From NCBI GenBank assembly GCA_043745805.1, contig JAYTSD010000014.1:32001-96000 (forward strand): a stretch of DNA of 64,000 bases. Direction: 5' to 3'. Origin of the DNA: Fibrobacteria bacterium (lineage in GTDB: Bacteria; Fibrobacterota; Fibrobacteria; UBA11236). The stretch's first letter is position 1, and every line of letters starts with the position of its first letter. A program made the translations under genes and the position numbers. The notes beneath the pieces were generated by a model. It was not told the origin of the DNA, did not search any database, and saw only the letters and a list, made by a program, of their open reading frames with translations. Shown here one piece after another: positions 47,534-57,444 of this stretch.

Positions 47534-48748
47534 ATGAATCAGACTACTTCAGAAACAGCAAAATTTGAAATCCAAAGCCGCAATGTGGTCTATCACGACT
47601 ATGAGTCGGATTTAGGCGATATTTTTCTTAATATCGGTAAAAAAATCATTTCCGATGCCGAGGATCGTCATCATTATCTAACTAAATGGGCTTGGTGGCG
47701 CGATCATTTGCCTTTTACGCCTAAACCTATCCCTGCTTTGGAAAAAACTATTCATTTCCATGACCGTAGCCTGCCAATTACCTTAGCCAGCCCCATTATA
47801 CTTGCCGCCGGTGGAAACAAGTATGCCGATAATTTGCCCCATTTTGCAAGTTTAGGATTTGGAGGAGTTACTGTAGGTTCTGCTACTCGCGAATCACGTG
47901 ATGGCAATACTTTCAGGCCGCGTGTGCATTTATTGCCTTTAGACCGAGCCATGAATAATTCAATGGGTTTAAATAATCCCGGTGTTGAAAAAATCACCCG
48001 TGCCGTAGATGTTACCTTAGGTAAATGTCATCGCCGAAAATTAGCCATTGGAATTAGCGTGGCCGATACGCCCGGCATGGAAGAAAGCAATGCTAAAATT
48101 GCGGATATTATTTACACTTTTCGCAAAGCCTATGGCGCTGCTGATTATATTGAATTAAATGTGAGTTGCCCGAATACGGGCACGGGTCGCATGGATAATC
48201 ATATTGGTTTCTTACAAGATCTATTGCAAGAAATAATGCAGGTGCGTAAAAACCTCGCACCCAAAAAAGCGGTGCTCGTCAAACTTTCTCCCGATTTAGG
48301 GAGCCAAAATTTAGATGCCATCTTACGTATCATAGCGGATACTGAGGTAACAGGAGTGGTTCTCTTCAACACTTTTCTCTCGGACAAGGCACGCTATTTA
48401 AAAATGCAAACAGCATCTGAACAAATACCCATTGTGGCCGCAAGCGGACATAAAGGCGGCGTATCGGGACGCATTCTTTATAAAAATACTTATCCCGCGG
48501 TAAAGTATATTCGCAGTCAACTTCCTAAAGCAGCCATCTTTGCCTGTGGTGGCATTGATCAGGGTGCAAAAATTTGGGATCTCATAGAAGCTGGTGCGGA
48601 TGCCGTTCAATGTTATACCGTACTGGCTTATCGTTGGAATGCCATTCACAAAATGAATCGTGAACTTTTTGATACTATGAAACTTAAAGGCATTAAATCT
48701 TTAGATGATTATAATTCCTCTCCAATTGCGCATCTCTCCGAAGATTAA
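47534..48748 (+). CDS. pyrD: dihydroorotate dehydrogenase
   Basis: PIILAAG..K, GN..PR, NNSMGLNNPG, ELNVSCPNT, VKLSPD, FNT, GGVSG, CGGI, AGADAVQ.YT. Start is ATG 47534 or GTG 47525. Confidence 0.85.
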   Translation: MNQTTSETAKFEIQSRNVVYHDYESDLGDIFLNIGKKIISDAEDRHHYLTKWAWWRDHLPFTPKPIPALEKTIHFHDRSLPITLASPIILAAGGNKYADNLPHFASLGFGGVTVGSATRESRDGNTFRPRVHLLPLDRAMNNSMGLNNPGVEKITRAVDVTLGKCHRRKLAIGISVADTPGMEESNAKIADIIYTFRKAYGAADYIELNVSCPNTGTGRMDNHIGFLQDLLQEIMQVRKNLAPKKAVLVKLSPDLGSQNLDAILRIIADTEVTGVVLFNTFLSDKARYLKMQTASEQIPIVAASGHKGGVSGRILYKNTYPAVKYIRSQLPKAAIFACGGIDQGAKIWDLIEAGADAVQCYTVLAYRWNAIHKMNRELFDTMKLKGIKSLDDYNSSPIAHLSED

Positions 48749-48795
48749 TCTGCAAAAATAATCCCGCATTTAAATTCCCACTCTAGCAGGCAGAA

Positions 48796-49431
48796 GTGCA
48801 AAACCAAGGTATACTAATGCTTATGCTTTGGTTATTTAGCCTATTATTTTTTCTACTTCCAGTGTTTTCTCAAACCTTTGATGATCCTGCCTTATCTCTT
48901 GAAAATATGAATCCTAAAAAAGTCCCCTTAACGCTTCACCCCACTTTAATGGAAGCGGGAATCGATTGGCAAAGAGAATTATTATTAGGATTTGCTTGGC
49001 AGGTACAGCCCAATTGGCAAGCAGGCCTGCGCATTACTTCCGATGCTCTATTAACGAATATTGGTTTTGAACAAATACCTCAATTGGTTTTGTGGGGAAA
49101 AGTCTTATTGAAAGGGGAAAATGAAGCGTCCTCAAATGCAGAATATTTTGTGATGGGATTTGGATGGTATAATGGTTACCCTTCTGTTTCTCGATTCGAC
49201 ATTTTAGGTAATCCTCAAAATGAACATCTTTGGTGGCAACCCTTATTCTTTTTGGGTGCGGGAAAATATTGGAAGCCTTTTGATAATATCCCTTGGGGAT
49301 TGGATTTGAGCTTAGAATATACTCGCACCATGTCTTATACTCCATCCTTATATGGAATAGCTCCCTTGCGCAAGGGGCCGGATCAATTCACCTTAGTCTT
49401 TCAAATTTTTCATACTTGGAAAACGGACTAA
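48796..49431 (+). CDS. hypothetical exported protein, possibly a small outer-membrane beta-barrel
   Basis: Hydrophobic signal-like N-terminus; alternating aromatic/polar strands. Start uncertain. Confidence 0.55.
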   Translation: MQNQGILMLMLWLFSLLFFLLPVFSQTFDDPALSLENMNPKKVPLTLHPTLMEAGIDWQRELLLGFAWQVQPNWQAGLRITSDALLTNIGFEQIPQLVLWGKVLLKGENEASSNAEYFVMGFGWYNGYPSVSRFDILGNPQNEHLWWQPLFFLGAGKYWKPFDNIPWGLDLSLEYTRTMSYTPSLYGIAPLRKGPDQFTLVFQIFHTWKTD

Positions 49432-49442
49432 ATCATTATCTA

Positions 49443-50693
49443 TTAATGACCTCGGGCCAATGCTGCCTGATAAACTCTTTCCACCCCCACCACAAAAGCC
49501 GCGTCTCGGTAACTGATATGATACTTCCTAGCCGTTTGCGATAAGTGGGTAAAAGCCGCCGTCATAAATCTATCGAGTTCTAATTTACTCGCCGATTTTT
49601 CCCAATGATGCATTTGAATATTTTGTGTCCATTCGAAATAAGAACCTAATACACCCCCCGCATTCGCTAAAATATCGGGCGCAATAATCACGCCTTGATT
49701 TTGCAAGTAAGCATCGGCTTCCGGAGTAAGTGGTCCATTGGCTCCTTCAATAAGGTAACGCGTTTTGACGAAAGCCATATTGTCCTGATGTAGCACATGC
49801 CCCAAAGCAGCGGGAATAAGAATGTCACATTGAATAGAAAGTATATCACTTGCACTATTAAGTGTTTTATCTCCCAAGGCATAGTCTTTTAAACTTCCTC
49901 CATTTTCTGCGTGGCGTATTAAGTCTTCTACATCAATACCTTTTTCATTTTGTAATAATGTGGTGACATCATTCACCGCTATTATTTTTGCCCCCATGCG
50001 ATACAAATGCAAAGCCGAATAACTGCCCACATTTCCAAATCCTTGTATCACCACCGTTTGGTTTTTTAAATCTTCTCCATGCTCCTGCAAAACACTACGC
50101 GTAATCATTGCAACCCCTAAACCCGTTGCATCCACACGTTCGGGAATGCCTTCTAAATTTACCGGCTTACCCGTAACAATGCCCGGAGTATAACCATGCA
50201 ATAAACCATAAGCATCCATCATCCATCCCATGACCTTGGCATTCGTACCCATATCCGGCGCCATAATATCTTTATACACACCTATCATATTTTTTAAACT
50301 ATGCACAAAACGTCGCGTTAAGGCTTGAAATTCTCTTTCGGAAAGTGTTTGCGGATTCACGGCTACTCCACCTTTGGCTCCGCCAAAAGGAATATTTACA
50401 ATCGCACATTTCCAAGTCATCAATGAAGCCAAAGCTTTTACTTCTTCTAAATCCACTTGCGGATGAAAGCGCACACCACCCTTATAAGGGCCGCGCACGC
50501 CATTATGTTGCACACGATAACCTTCATATACTCTTAATTCGCCTCTATCATCTAACAAGGGCAATGAAACCTTGGTTTCTCTCCAGCAAGAAGTTAATAG
50601 CTTACGATAGCTTTCTTTAATATTAAGTATGTCGGAAGCTTTGTTAACACGTAAGTTAACCGCATCAAAAGGACTAAGAGTAGATTGAGACAT
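49443..50693 (-). CDS. Glu/Leu/Phe/Val dehydrogenase (probable glutamate dehydrogenase)
   Basis: GYRVQHN..RGPYKGG.RF, MTWKCA, GGAKGG, APDMGT, QGFGNVG, EGANGP, NAGGV..SYFEW.QN. Confidence 0.95.
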   Translation of the reverse strand: MSQSTLSPFDAVNLRVNKASDILNIKESYRKLLTSCWRETKVSLPLLDDRGELRVYEGYRVQHNGVRGPYKGGVRFHPQVDLEEVKALASLMTWKCAIVNIPFGGAKGGVAVNPQTLSEREFQALTRRFVHSLKNMIGVYKDIMAPDMGTNAKVMGWMMDAYGLLHGYTPGIVTGKPVNLEGIPERVDATGLGVAMITRSVLQEHGEDLKNQTVVIQGFGNVGSYSALHLYRMGAKIIAVNDVTTLLQNEKGIDVEDLIRHAENGGSLKDYALGDKTLNSASDILSIQCDILIPAALGHVLHQDNMAFVKTRYLIEGANGPLTPEADAYLQNQGVIIAPDILANAGGVLGSYFEWTQNIQMHHWEKSASKLELDRFMTAAFTHLSQTARKYHISYRDAAFVVGVERVYQAALARGH

Positions 50694-50813
50694 GAAAGTG
50701 AACTCCTTTTAAGCGTTTTTTGCTAAGCCATAGACAATATTCATACTTATTCGCGCCCCGATCAACCCTACAACAAAAAAATATTTTAACACAAAATCAA
50801 CTATATTCAAAAT

Positions 50814-53579
50814 ATGTCAGAAAAAATCGCTTTAGCAAAAAAGACCATTCCCCCATTTCATTGGACGCTTACCAAGGCGGATGATATTATTTATCAATTA
50901 CAAAGCGATTTACAAAAAGGTTTAAGTACACCTGAAGCGGTCCAAAGGCTTCTAGAATATGGGCCCAATACTTTACGCGAAGGTCAAAAAATAAATCCCC
51001 TGCTGATTTTCCTAAATCAATTTAAGGGCATCATCATTTGGCTATTAATTTTTGCCGCCGTTTTATCGGGATGGATGGGAGAAATTAAGGATACTATCGC
51101 CATAGGTGCCATTCTGATTCTTAATGCCTGCATCGGATTTTATCAAGAATATGATGCCGAAAAAGCCATCGCAGCTCTGAAAAAAATGACGGCTCCCAAA
51201 GCTAAGATACGCCGTGACGGCATTACTTGCATCATTCCCGCTTTAGAAATTGTACCCGGTGATATTATCGAATTAGAAGCGGGTGATTTAGTTTCTGCGG
51301 ATGGACGATTATTAGAAGCTACTGATTTACGCTGCATAGAATCCATTTTAACGGGAGAATCCAAACCCAGTAATAAAAATACTACTGCTATAAATGGTGA
51401 GAGTATTCCCCTCGGCGATCAACATAATATGGTTTTTATGGGCACTAGTGTAGCCACCGGAAATGGCTTAGCCATTGCTGTCACAACGGGTATGCAAACA
51501 CAAATGGGCCATATTGCTCAATTATTAGATTCGGCAAATAAAGATAATGCCAGCCCCCTGCAAAAGAAAATGGAAAGCTTAGGGAATTTGTTTGTATGGG
51601 TATCCTTAGGCATAATTACTTTATTGGGCTGCATAGCCTTGCTTCGCCATCAACCGCCACTAGAAATGTTATTAACCTCCATTAGCCTAGCCGTAGCCGC
51701 CGTTCCCGAGGGCTTGCCGGCGGTAGTTACGATTGCGCTCGCCTTAGGTGTACAGCGTATGGCCAAGCGAAAAGCTTTAATTCGAAAATTATCCGCCGTA
51801 GAAACTTTAGGTTCGGCTAGCGTGATTTGTACCGATAAAACCGGTACCTTAACCCAAGGTGAAATGACCGTGCGCCAAATTTATCTGTTGGGAGAAAATG
51901 CAGGTAAAATCATAGGAGAATTTTTTTCGGTTATGGGTTTAGGCTATGCCCCTGAAGGGAAAATTCTCTGCACCGAAAAAACCTTAAATTCTTCGCAAGT
52001 TAAACAATTATTAATCTTAGCCGAAAACCAAACTGAACCACTCACCGCTAAATTATTTCAAGAAAAAGACCTTTGGAAAGTAATCGGTGATCCCACAGAA
52101 GGTGCCTTATTAGCCTTTGCAGCCAAAACTGGTTTTTCCAGATCCCCTGAAACCACTAAATTATTTTCCTTTCCTTTTAACTCCGACAGCAAACGTGCCT
52201 CTACCATTTATAGTCAATCGTCTAATTCGTCAAATGCAATTAAAGTCGCCGTGAACGGCGCTCCCGAAATTTTACTGCGACTATGTGACAAAGTCTTAAC
52301 GCCAAATGGAATTATACCCTTAACTTCTGAGTTACGCGAAGAAATTAATCAAGCCAATTCCTTAATGGCCGAAAAGGCTTTGCGGGTTATTGGCACTGCT
52401 TATCGTGAATATCCTCAATTCACATCACTCAAGCTCGCCGCCGAAGATAGAGATAAAGTGGAAAGCGAATTGGTTTTTATAGGCTTAACCGGATTACAAG
52501 ATCCGCCTCGCCTTGAGGCCCAAAAGGCTATTGCTTTATGTCAACAAGCCGGCATTCGCGTGGTGATGATTACCGGCGATCATCCTGCCACCGGCCTTGC
52601 TATTGCCCAAGAATTAGGTTTGGCCAAAGACAAAAAAGCATTTGCCACCGGCGCTGATTTAGACACTTGGAATGAGAAAACGTGGAAGTTACGGTTATCC
52701 CAAATTTCGGTATTCGCGCGAGTAACCGCCGAGCATAAATTGCGTATTGTTAAAACCCTGCGCGACCAAGGAGAAATCGTGGCGATGACGGGTGATGGCG
52801 TAAATGATGCTCCCGCTCTTAAGGGCGCACATATTGGCATTGCCATGGGGAAATCGGGGACGGAAGTGACGCAACAGGCCTCCGATATCGTAATTGTGGA
52901 TGATAACTTTGCTTCAATTGTTTCCGCAATCGAAGAAGGGCGCGGTAGTTATGATAATATTCGCAAAACGCTTTTGTATTTACTCGCCGGCAATACGGGA
53001 GAGCTTTTACTCATGATTGTCGCGGTACTTATGGGTTGGCCCGCTCCGCTATTACCCATTCATTTATTATGGATAAATTTAGTAACTGATGGGTTACCCG
53101 CTCTTTGTTTAGCTGCCGATCCCGTGGATAATAATGTCATGCAAAGAAAACCCCGTTCCCCAAAAGAAAAATTAACGAATTTTGTTTTTTTGCAAAGCAT
53201 GCTTTTAATTGGGGCGCTTACCGCCACGGTTTCTTTAATTGCTTTTTATTGGGGTTGGAAAGCCAATGACATTGCTACGGGCCGCTCTTATGCCTTTGCC
53301 ACTTTAGTATTCGCGGAACTTTTCCGTGCATTAGGATCTCGAAGTGAAACTAAATTTTTATGGCATATGAATCCATTGGGAAATCCCAAATTATTTTTTG
53401 TTGTGACTTTATCGATTACTATTCAGCTCCTAGGGTATCAATTTGGTTTTATGGAAAGATTTTTGAAAACCGTTCCTTTGAGTTGGGAATTATGTTTTAC
53501 GCTTTTGGCTTTGGGATTAATTCCCTCCTTGGTGATGGAAGGGGTAAAAGTTTTTAGGAAGAAATCACTTACGTATTAA
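50814..53579 (+). CDS. cation-transporting P-type ATPase (type IIA, Ca2+-like)
   Basis: [48 protein letters not shown]. Confidence 0.96.
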   Translation: MSEKIALAKKTIPPFHWTLTKADDIIYQLQSDLQKGLSTPEAVQRLLEYGPNTLREGQKINPLLIFLNQFKGIIIWLLIFAAVLSGWMGEIKDTIAIGAILILNACIGFYQEYDAEKAIAALKKMTAPKAKIRRDGITCIIPALEIVPGDIIELEAGDLVSADGRLLEATDLRCIESILTGESKPSNKNTTAINGESIPLGDQHNMVFMGTSVATGNGLAIAVTTGMQTQMGHIAQLLDSANKDNASPLQKKMESLGNLFVWVSLGIITLLGCIALLRHQPPLEMLLTSISLAVAAVPEGLPAVVTIALALGVQRMAKRKALIRKLSAVETLGSASVICTDKTGTLTQGEMTVRQIYLLGENAGKIIGEFFSVMGLGYAPEGKILCTEKTLNSSQVKQLLILAENQTEPLTAKLFQEKDLWKVIGDPTEGALLAFAAKTGFSRSPETTKLFSFPFNSDSKRASTIYSQSSNSSNAIKVAVNGAPEILLRLCDKVLTPNGIIPLTSELREEINQANSLMAEKALRVIGTAYREYPQFTSLKLAAEDRDKVESELVFIGLTGLQDPPRLEAQKAIALCQQAGIRVVMITGDHPATGLAIAQELGLAKDKKAFATGADLDTWNEKTWKLRLSQISVFARVTAEHKLRIVKTLRDQGEIVAMTGDGVNDAPALKGAHIGIAMGKSGTEVTQQASDIVIVDDNFASIVSAIEEGRGSYDNIRKTLLYLLAGNTGELLLMIVAVLMGWPAPLLPIHLLWINLVTDGLPALCLAADPVDNNVMQRKPRSPKEKLTNFVFLQSMLLIGALTATVSLIAFYWGWKANDIATGRSYAFATLVFAELFRALGSRSETKFLWHMNPLGNPKLFFVVTLSITIQLLGYQFGFMERFLKTVPLSWELCFTLLALGLIPSLVMEGVKVFRKKSLTY

Positions 53580-54568
53580 TTCAATTGCAAATATTTTTCA
53601 GCTTCGCGAATAGTAAATTCAACATTCTGTAATTTTTTCAATACGGCACGCAAACGATGCTTACCCATATCATGTTGCGCGGCTAGATGTGGACTTTCGT
53701 CACCTAAAGCGGGTAATGACTTTTGCGCCCATTTTACTAATGCTGGATTTGGCTGGTTAATTCCTACCGAGTATGGTTTTTCCACAGTGGCTTTTTCTTG
53801 GCTCTTAGATTTCGCATTCACTTTGGGTTTGCTTTTTTTCTTCTGCGCATTAAGCCAAAGATTGAGCAATAAATGCCCATGGGCTTTCCATTCTTCCCCA
53901 TGCACATCCGGACGCAAACGGATAGTTGATTTTATTTTTAAGGCTTGGCAAAAAGCTGCAAACAAATCGGACAAAAGTTCTTCTGGTAAAGCCAATATTG
54001 TGATTCCAAAATATTCTTTTCCGCGAAAAGGCAATAGCCGAACGATTAAGCCATTGCCTTTTTCGAATTTAAATTCTGGGCTAAAAACCCGATGGATTTT
54101 TTCGTTTCCAAAATGACGTAACACTAATACATCGTCTTTTTCTTCGTCCATGACTTGATATAAACTCAGCGGGCAAAAAGCCCATTCTAAATATGTATGC
54201 GCTAAACGAATTTCTTTGGGATCAAGTTCTCGCGATAAACGCAAAATGGGACGTGCATCGGAATATTGCACAAAATAATCCCACAAAAAATTTTCTACCA
54301 AAGCCTTATTTTGCATGCCATCGGATTTTGCTTTATAAACATTAAAGCCACTCGCCTTTAAGGCATTTTCATAATTCATTTGAATTTGACTCAGGGCTCT
54401 ACGCTCTTTGTGTATATCATGTAAAATATGGCGAAAATCCCAATATTGTTGAACTGCCTCACTCCAGCTAGAGTACTGTACGTTTTTATTCGCATAAACG
54501 GCGCAGCATTTATGATAGGATTGAGTATTCCCGCAAAGGCAGGAAGTTTTTAAATTATCTATTTCCAT
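53576..54568 (-). CDS. SEC-C motif protein with a C-terminal MbcA/ParS-antitoxin-like segment
   Basis: CLCGNTQSYHKCC near the N-terminus; W...SLPALGDESP..AA....G...L..VL near the C-terminus. Confidence 0.6.
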   Translation of the reverse strand: MEIDNLKTSCLCGNTQSYHKCCAVYANKNVQYSSWSEAVQQYWDFRHILHDIHKERRALSQIQMNYENALKASGFNVYKAKSDGMQNKALVENFLWDYFVQYSDARPILRLSRELDPKEIRLAHTYLEWAFCPLSLYQVMDEEKDDVLVLRHFGNEKIHRVFSPEFKFEKGNGLIVRLLPFRGKEYFGITILALPEELLSDLFAAFCQALKIKSTIRLRPDVHGEEWKAHGHLLLNLWLNAQKKKSKPKVNAKSKSQEKATVEKPYSVGINQPNPALVKWAQKSLPALGDESPHLAAQHDMGKHRLRAVLKKLQNVEFTIREAEKYLQLN

Positions 54569-54595
54569 GACCGAAATGATAGTAACCTAATATCT

Positions 54596-55414
54596 ATGAA
54601 AATAGGGATATTCGATTCAGGATTTGGCGGGCTAAGCATTTTCAAAAGCATAGCCCAAAAACTCCCTACTTATGATTATTTATATCTAGGCGATAATGCA
54701 CGTACACCTTATGGCAATCGCTCCTTTGAGGCTATTTTTGATTTTACCACAGAAGGCATAGATTATCTTTTCGCCCAAGATTGCCAGCTAATTATTATCG
54801 CTTGCAATACCGCTTCGGCAAAGGCTTTGCGCAGTATACAACAAAAAGTTTTACCTCACCACTATCCTCACAAAAGAGTGCTCGGCATTATTCGCCCATC
54901 GGTAGAAGCCGTTAAAGATTATGCACCACAAAGTGTGATAGCCTTATGGGCCACCGAAGGTACGGTGAAATCCGATAGCTATGCCTTGGAATTACAAAAG
55001 CTGGCACCGCATTTACAACTCGTGCAACAAGCTTGTCCTTTATTAGTTCCTTTGGTGGAAGCCGGAGAATGGGATAGTGCAGGCTTAGATTTTTTTATTG
55101 AAAAATATTGGCAAGCCACACAAAAACAAAATGCGAATATTGATGCTTTACTTTTAGGTTGTACGCATTACCCTTTGATACAAGAACGTATTGTGAAAAT
55201 TATTCCAGCTTCCGTGCGCATTTTAACCCAAGGCAATATTGTCGCAACTAGTTTGATGGATTATTTGCAACGTCATTCAGAAATAGAAAAAGTTTTAAGC
55301 CAAAATGGAACTAAGCATTTTTTAACTACTGATCAAACCGAAGGCTTCGATAAATTAGCGGAAGCTTTTTTAGGTTACCCTGTTATTTCCGAAAGAGTTG
55401 AGATCGCGAAATAA
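54596..55414 (+). CDS. murI: glutamate racemase
   Basis: IGIFDSGFGGL, GDNARTPYG, IACNTAS, LGCTHYP. Confidence 0.97.
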   Translation: MKIGIFDSGFGGLSIFKSIAQKLPTYDYLYLGDNARTPYGNRSFEAIFDFTTEGIDYLFAQDCQLIIIACNTASAKALRSIQQKVLPHHYPHKRVLGIIRPSVEAVKDYAPQSVIALWATEGTVKSDSYALELQKLAPHLQLVQQACPLLVPLVEAGEWDSAGLDFFIEKYWQATQKQNANIDALLLGCTHYPLIQERIVKIIPASVRILTQGNIVATSLMDYLQRHSEIEKVLSQNGTKHFLTTDQTEGFDKLAEAFLGYPVISERVEIAK

Positions 55415-55436
55415 TTTTGGGGGTAGCGCAGGATCG

Positions 55437-55485
55437 CCTGTTTAAATAAATCATTGAGCTTGTCGAAATGAACTATTTAAACAGG
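55437..55485. repeat. long stem-loop, REP/MITE-like element
   Basis: CCTGTTTAAATA...TATTTAAACAGG 12-bp perfect arms enclosing CATT-GAGCTTGTCGA-AATG; single copy in this window. Confidence 0.45.
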
Positions 55486-55584
55486 AAGCCGAAGCCTAGG
55501 GGGCGTCCCCCTTTATGTGCACTTTTTTGGGTAAAAAGCAACTATTTTTTAAGTAATAAATCATTCCTAAAGCGAGAAATATCA

Positions 55585-55613
55585 TTGACTTCGGTAGTCA
55601 AGTTCCTTATATT
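55585..55613 (+). promoter_or_regulatory. sigma-70 promoter with an overlapping palindrome
   Basis: TTGACT-17 nt-TATATT; TTGACT-N5-AGTCAA inverted repeat (55585-55601) covers the -35 element. Confidence 0.65.
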
Positions 55614-55795
55614 CATAAGCTAGAGATGAGCATGAATAATTATTTTCATATGAAACAAAAAACGTCATATACACCAATTTTTATGGTGCGTTCACTCATT
55701 TCCCCTCCCCAGAAAAAATTTTTTCGAGTTTAAACGGTTTAATCGGCCCTATTCCTTATTAACGAGGAAGGGTTTTTTATTCAAAGGTGGTATTT

Positions 55796-56449
55796 ATGTT
55801 GAGCAAAGACAATTGGCAAGATTATCGCGGCAAAAACGAAGGCGTATTAATTCATTTGGACACGGTTAAAGAACATGCTTTACCATTACGACTTTTGGAA
55901 GATGAGCATGGTCATACGCTCGCTGAACCCGGATACGAGGGAAAAGGAACGCTAGGCTTTTTAAATTGCATTCATGCTAAAACCCGTTTAGCTACTTTCA
56001 AAAACCGTCGCCGTTATTTTCTTTTTGGAACTCGCTATCAAGGTTTATTAGAAGATTTTAAAGGTCAATTTTTAGTCATTGGTTATATGCGCCTCGATAA
56101 AGAAATTGACGTTCGTAAACGCCATGTGCATAAATGGATGGAAGGCCAAAGTGCTGGAGCCGGCCCTGAATGCACCGAAATGGATCAATGCTATGCCTTT
56201 GCTTCGGATGAAATTAATTTTTATGCTCCCGAAGACTGTTTTGAACTTAGTGAAAAATTGATGAAGGACTGGGGCTATAAAGGCAAAATTACTAAACAAA
56301 TGAAATTGACTTTTACGGAAGAGAAAATCAAAATCATTTTGGAACATTTCAAAGCTAAAAAACCCGCTACCGCAACCTATGCCAAAGCTTTTAAAGCCTT
56401 AGCCGAATCCGTTCCGGCGCATGAAAATGAAAAAGAAAGCGCTTGGTAA
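55796..56449 (+). CDS. hypothetical protein
   Basis: ATG 55796 follows AAAGGTGG; 217 aa, soluble, EPGYE.KGTLGFLNC...RRYFLFGTRY...IGY. No family recognised with confidence. Confidence 0.75.
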   Translation: MLSKDNWQDYRGKNEGVLIHLDTVKEHALPLRLLEDEHGHTLAEPGYEGKGTLGFLNCIHAKTRLATFKNRRRYFLFGTRYQGLLEDFKGQFLVIGYMRLDKEIDVRKRHVHKWMEGQSAGAGPECTEMDQCYAFASDEINFYAPEDCFELSEKLMKDWGYKGKITKQMKLTFTEEKIKIILEHFKAKKPATATYAKAFKALAESVPAHENEKESAW

Positions 56450-56455
56450 AAGCGC

Positions 56456-56833
56456 TTAGCTCTGATGCTTTTGCAACAGGGCATTTACGCGATCGAGTAA
56501 ATCTTGTTTACCAAAGGGTTTGGTAAAGTAATCTTCGGCTTTCATCACATGCAATCCAACCATTAAATCTACGTTCTTATTATTACTCGTTAAAAAAGCG
56601 ATAGGTATTTTGGCTAAGGCTTCTTGCTCGCGAATTTCATGAAAGAGATCATAACCATCGACATTAGGCATCACCACATCGAGCAAAATTAAATCCGGTG
56701 CAAAACTCAAAGCCGTGGACACCGCAAGGTCGGGCTCATTCACCGTCATCACTTGATGTTGGCCTAATTCTAAAACCAATTTGACTAAATCGGCTATGTC
56801 TTTTTGATCATCGACCACTAAGATCTTTGCCAT
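56456..56833 (-). CDS. single-domain response regulator (receiver only)
   Basis: ILVVDD, LLDVVMP..DG, FLTS, YFTKPF. Confidence 0.93.
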   Translation of the reverse strand: MAKILVVDDQKDIADLVKLVLELGQHQVMTVNEPDLAVSTALSFAPDLILLDVVMPNVDGYDLFHEIREQEALAKIPIAFLTSNNKNVDLMVGLHVMKAEDYFTKPFGKQDLLDRVNALLQKHQS

Positions 56834-56834
56834 A

Positions 56835-57149
56835 TTAACCCCTCGCCGCTTCTTTGGGCAACCATTCCCAATAAAAATAAGTTATGCTGCAACCCAATAG
56901 CAAGCCGATTAAATCTAATCCCAATGCAATCCATGAGAGAACCTTATTATCCAAACCTAATAAATGCGCTATCATTGCCACAGCAAGCAATAGCGAAGCG
57001 ACATAAAACCATTTATAGCGAGGTTTTTTACGGCGTGCGGCGCCAAAAACCTTACTGAAAGAAGCGAGCGTCAAAAAAGCCGTAATGAAAGTACCATGAG
57101 CAATCACTAAAGAAATAGCGGTAAGTGAAAGGTGAAATGAATTCATCAA
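56835..57149 (-). CDS. small 3-TM membrane protein
   Basis: Three hydrophobic segments, YKWFYVA, YFYWEWLPKE. Translationally coupled to both neighbours. Confidence 0.75.
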   Translation of the reverse strand: MMNSFHLSLTAISLVIAHGTFITAFLTLASFSKVFGAARRKKPRYKWFYVASLLLAVAMIAHLLGLDNKVLSWIALGLDLIGLLLGCSITYFYWEWLPKEAARG

Positions 57150-57433
57150 TTAGCACTCATCATGGTGCGATATAACGCAAAAGCCAATGCGGAAAAACCA
57201 ATACCGCCTGCTGCGACCAGGGCAATACTGATAAATAAAGGAATATGTAATACAAAAAGTGGGGCTTGAAAAACCAATCCCAAAAGCAAAAATGCTAAGC
57301 TGGCAAACATCCATTCATGTTTTGGCCCTTGCTTAAATTTTAAACGATAAAATTTTGCAATCAGTGACAGATAATAACCTATCACTCCAAATAAAACTGC
57401 TATGAGGACAAAACCCGCCGTTTGTACAGCCAT
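57146..57433 (-). CDS. small 3-TM membrane protein
   Basis: Three hydrophobic segments, IAKFYRLKF, LYRTMM. 4-nt overlap with the next gene. Confidence 0.75.
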   Translation of the reverse strand: MAVQTAGFVLIAVLFGVIGYYLSLIAKFYRLKFKQGPKHEWMFASLAFLLLGLVFQAPLFVLHIPLFISIALVAAGGIGFSALAFALYRTMMSAN

Positions 57434-57444
57434 GCGCCAGTATC

